Shown: positions 63,079 to 64,000 of the stretch, one piece after another
Numbering within the stretch: the stretch's first letter is position 1
How the letters are laid out: every line of letters begins with the position of its first letter
Origin: Azolla caroliniana
Taxonomy: Eukaryota > Plantae > Polypodiophyta
Length of the DNA: 64,000 bases
Direction: 5' to 3'
NCBI GenBank assembly: GCA_043228905.1
Contig: JBHGNT010000007.1
Span: 7,936,001 to 8,000,000, forward strand
Notes under the pieces: model-generated
Seen by the model: the letters and a program-made list of their open reading frames with translations, nothing else
Told to the model about the DNA's origin: nothing
Databases searched by the model: none
Program-made: the position numbers and the translations under genes

Positions 63079-64000
63079 TGTCGTGAAGAAAACCGTCCAC
63101 AAGCGGAATCGGTGCACAGGAGCGTAGGAACCGGCTCTTCTCGAATGTTGTCCATAGAAGATCCTAGGCAGGTAGATTTAGTGGGTAGGAAGTAAATGGG
63201 AAAACGGCTCCTTCCTTGCCTATAAAAAGGAGGGAGACGAGAAGGGGGAGGGGATCGCGGAGAGTCGAGGAGGAAGTGTTGTCGGTTTACGTGCGAAGGC
63301 TTCTCTCTCTCTCTCTAGTTCGCAAACTCCATAGCTTCCTTCTGCGCAGGTTTCGGGAGGCTCGCGCTGCTCTGAGGAATGCCCGAGTGCTTCCGGTAGC
63401 ACCTCCAACCTGCTCCTGTCTTTCTGTGCGTTTACGAACATGCATCGGCATCTGTTCGCCGGCCTGTTCGGTTGTAACCGACTTCGTGTTTTGTTGCTTC
63501 CGTGTTCTTGTTGTTGTCCTTGTTAATACACACATACATTCGTGTCTCTCTGTGTCGTTGTCCCACTCGCGTCTTTGTGTCGAAGGGCCGTGTCCCTGTG
63601 AATCTACGTTTGCACGTAGTGGGTCTCTTGTCCTTTCTCTCTTGCTCTTCGGTACAGGACCCCTGAGGTCCCACCTCATTCCACGCATCCGCGAGGAAAA
63701 CCTCGACATCTTGGTGAACCCGACGTGAAGGAGGCGGCAGAAGAGCAGAAGATGAAGGGGTCGGATCCTGCAGAGGCCATGGCTTCGGCCGTGGATCGGA
63801 TATTGAGTGCACGTGAGGGCACCGACGCCCTCGACAGAGCCATTGAGGCGGTCGTCGGTACGATCGGCCGGTTCAGCGGAAAGGATGCCACGAAGTATTT
63901 GGCGTCCTACGGAGCAGAAATGTTGATGCGGGACATTCCGGAAGAGAGGCGTCTTGCCGGGTTTCCTCGAGTGGCGATGCCGAGCATCCATGCGGAGGTG
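63079..64000 (+). mobile_element. tRNA-Trp-primed Gypsy 5' end: LTR 63079-63708, PBS 63712-63728, gag from 63752 running off the window
   Basis: TGTCG...CGACA termini; TGGTGAACCCGACGTGA PBS; MKGSDPAEAMASAVDRILSARE matches the gag at 24985. Confidence 0.9.

Overview
Nuclear DNA of a land plant, most likely a fern (an embedded plastid insert carries unedited C-to-U and U-to-C editing-type codons). The first ~13 kb is genic: the 3' exons of CSP41b, a previously unannotated-looking ~285-nt minus-strand box C/D RNA whose D-box guide matches C34 of intron-containing elongator pre-tRNA-Met(CAU), a decayed Gypsy remnant, and a complete six-exon eIF3f gene with a probable multi-exon 5' UTR. From ~14.1 kb to the end is a dense nest of LTR retrotransposons. 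It includes one young intact Copia (32775-38163, 1357-aa polyprotein, TSD GAAGA), several degenerate tRNA-iMet-primed Copia elements, tRNA-Trp-primed Gypsy elements and solo LTRs, and a self-priming Tf1/Tcn1-type Gypsy whose interior has been replaced by a plastid DNA mosaic (rpl23, infA, ycf2). Three distinct LTRs carry an antisense tRNA-like A-box/B-box cassette, and a Gypsy-gag/acidic-ORF/Copia-3'-end chimera occurs twice. All calls come from reading the sequence by eye; no database searches or alignments were run.
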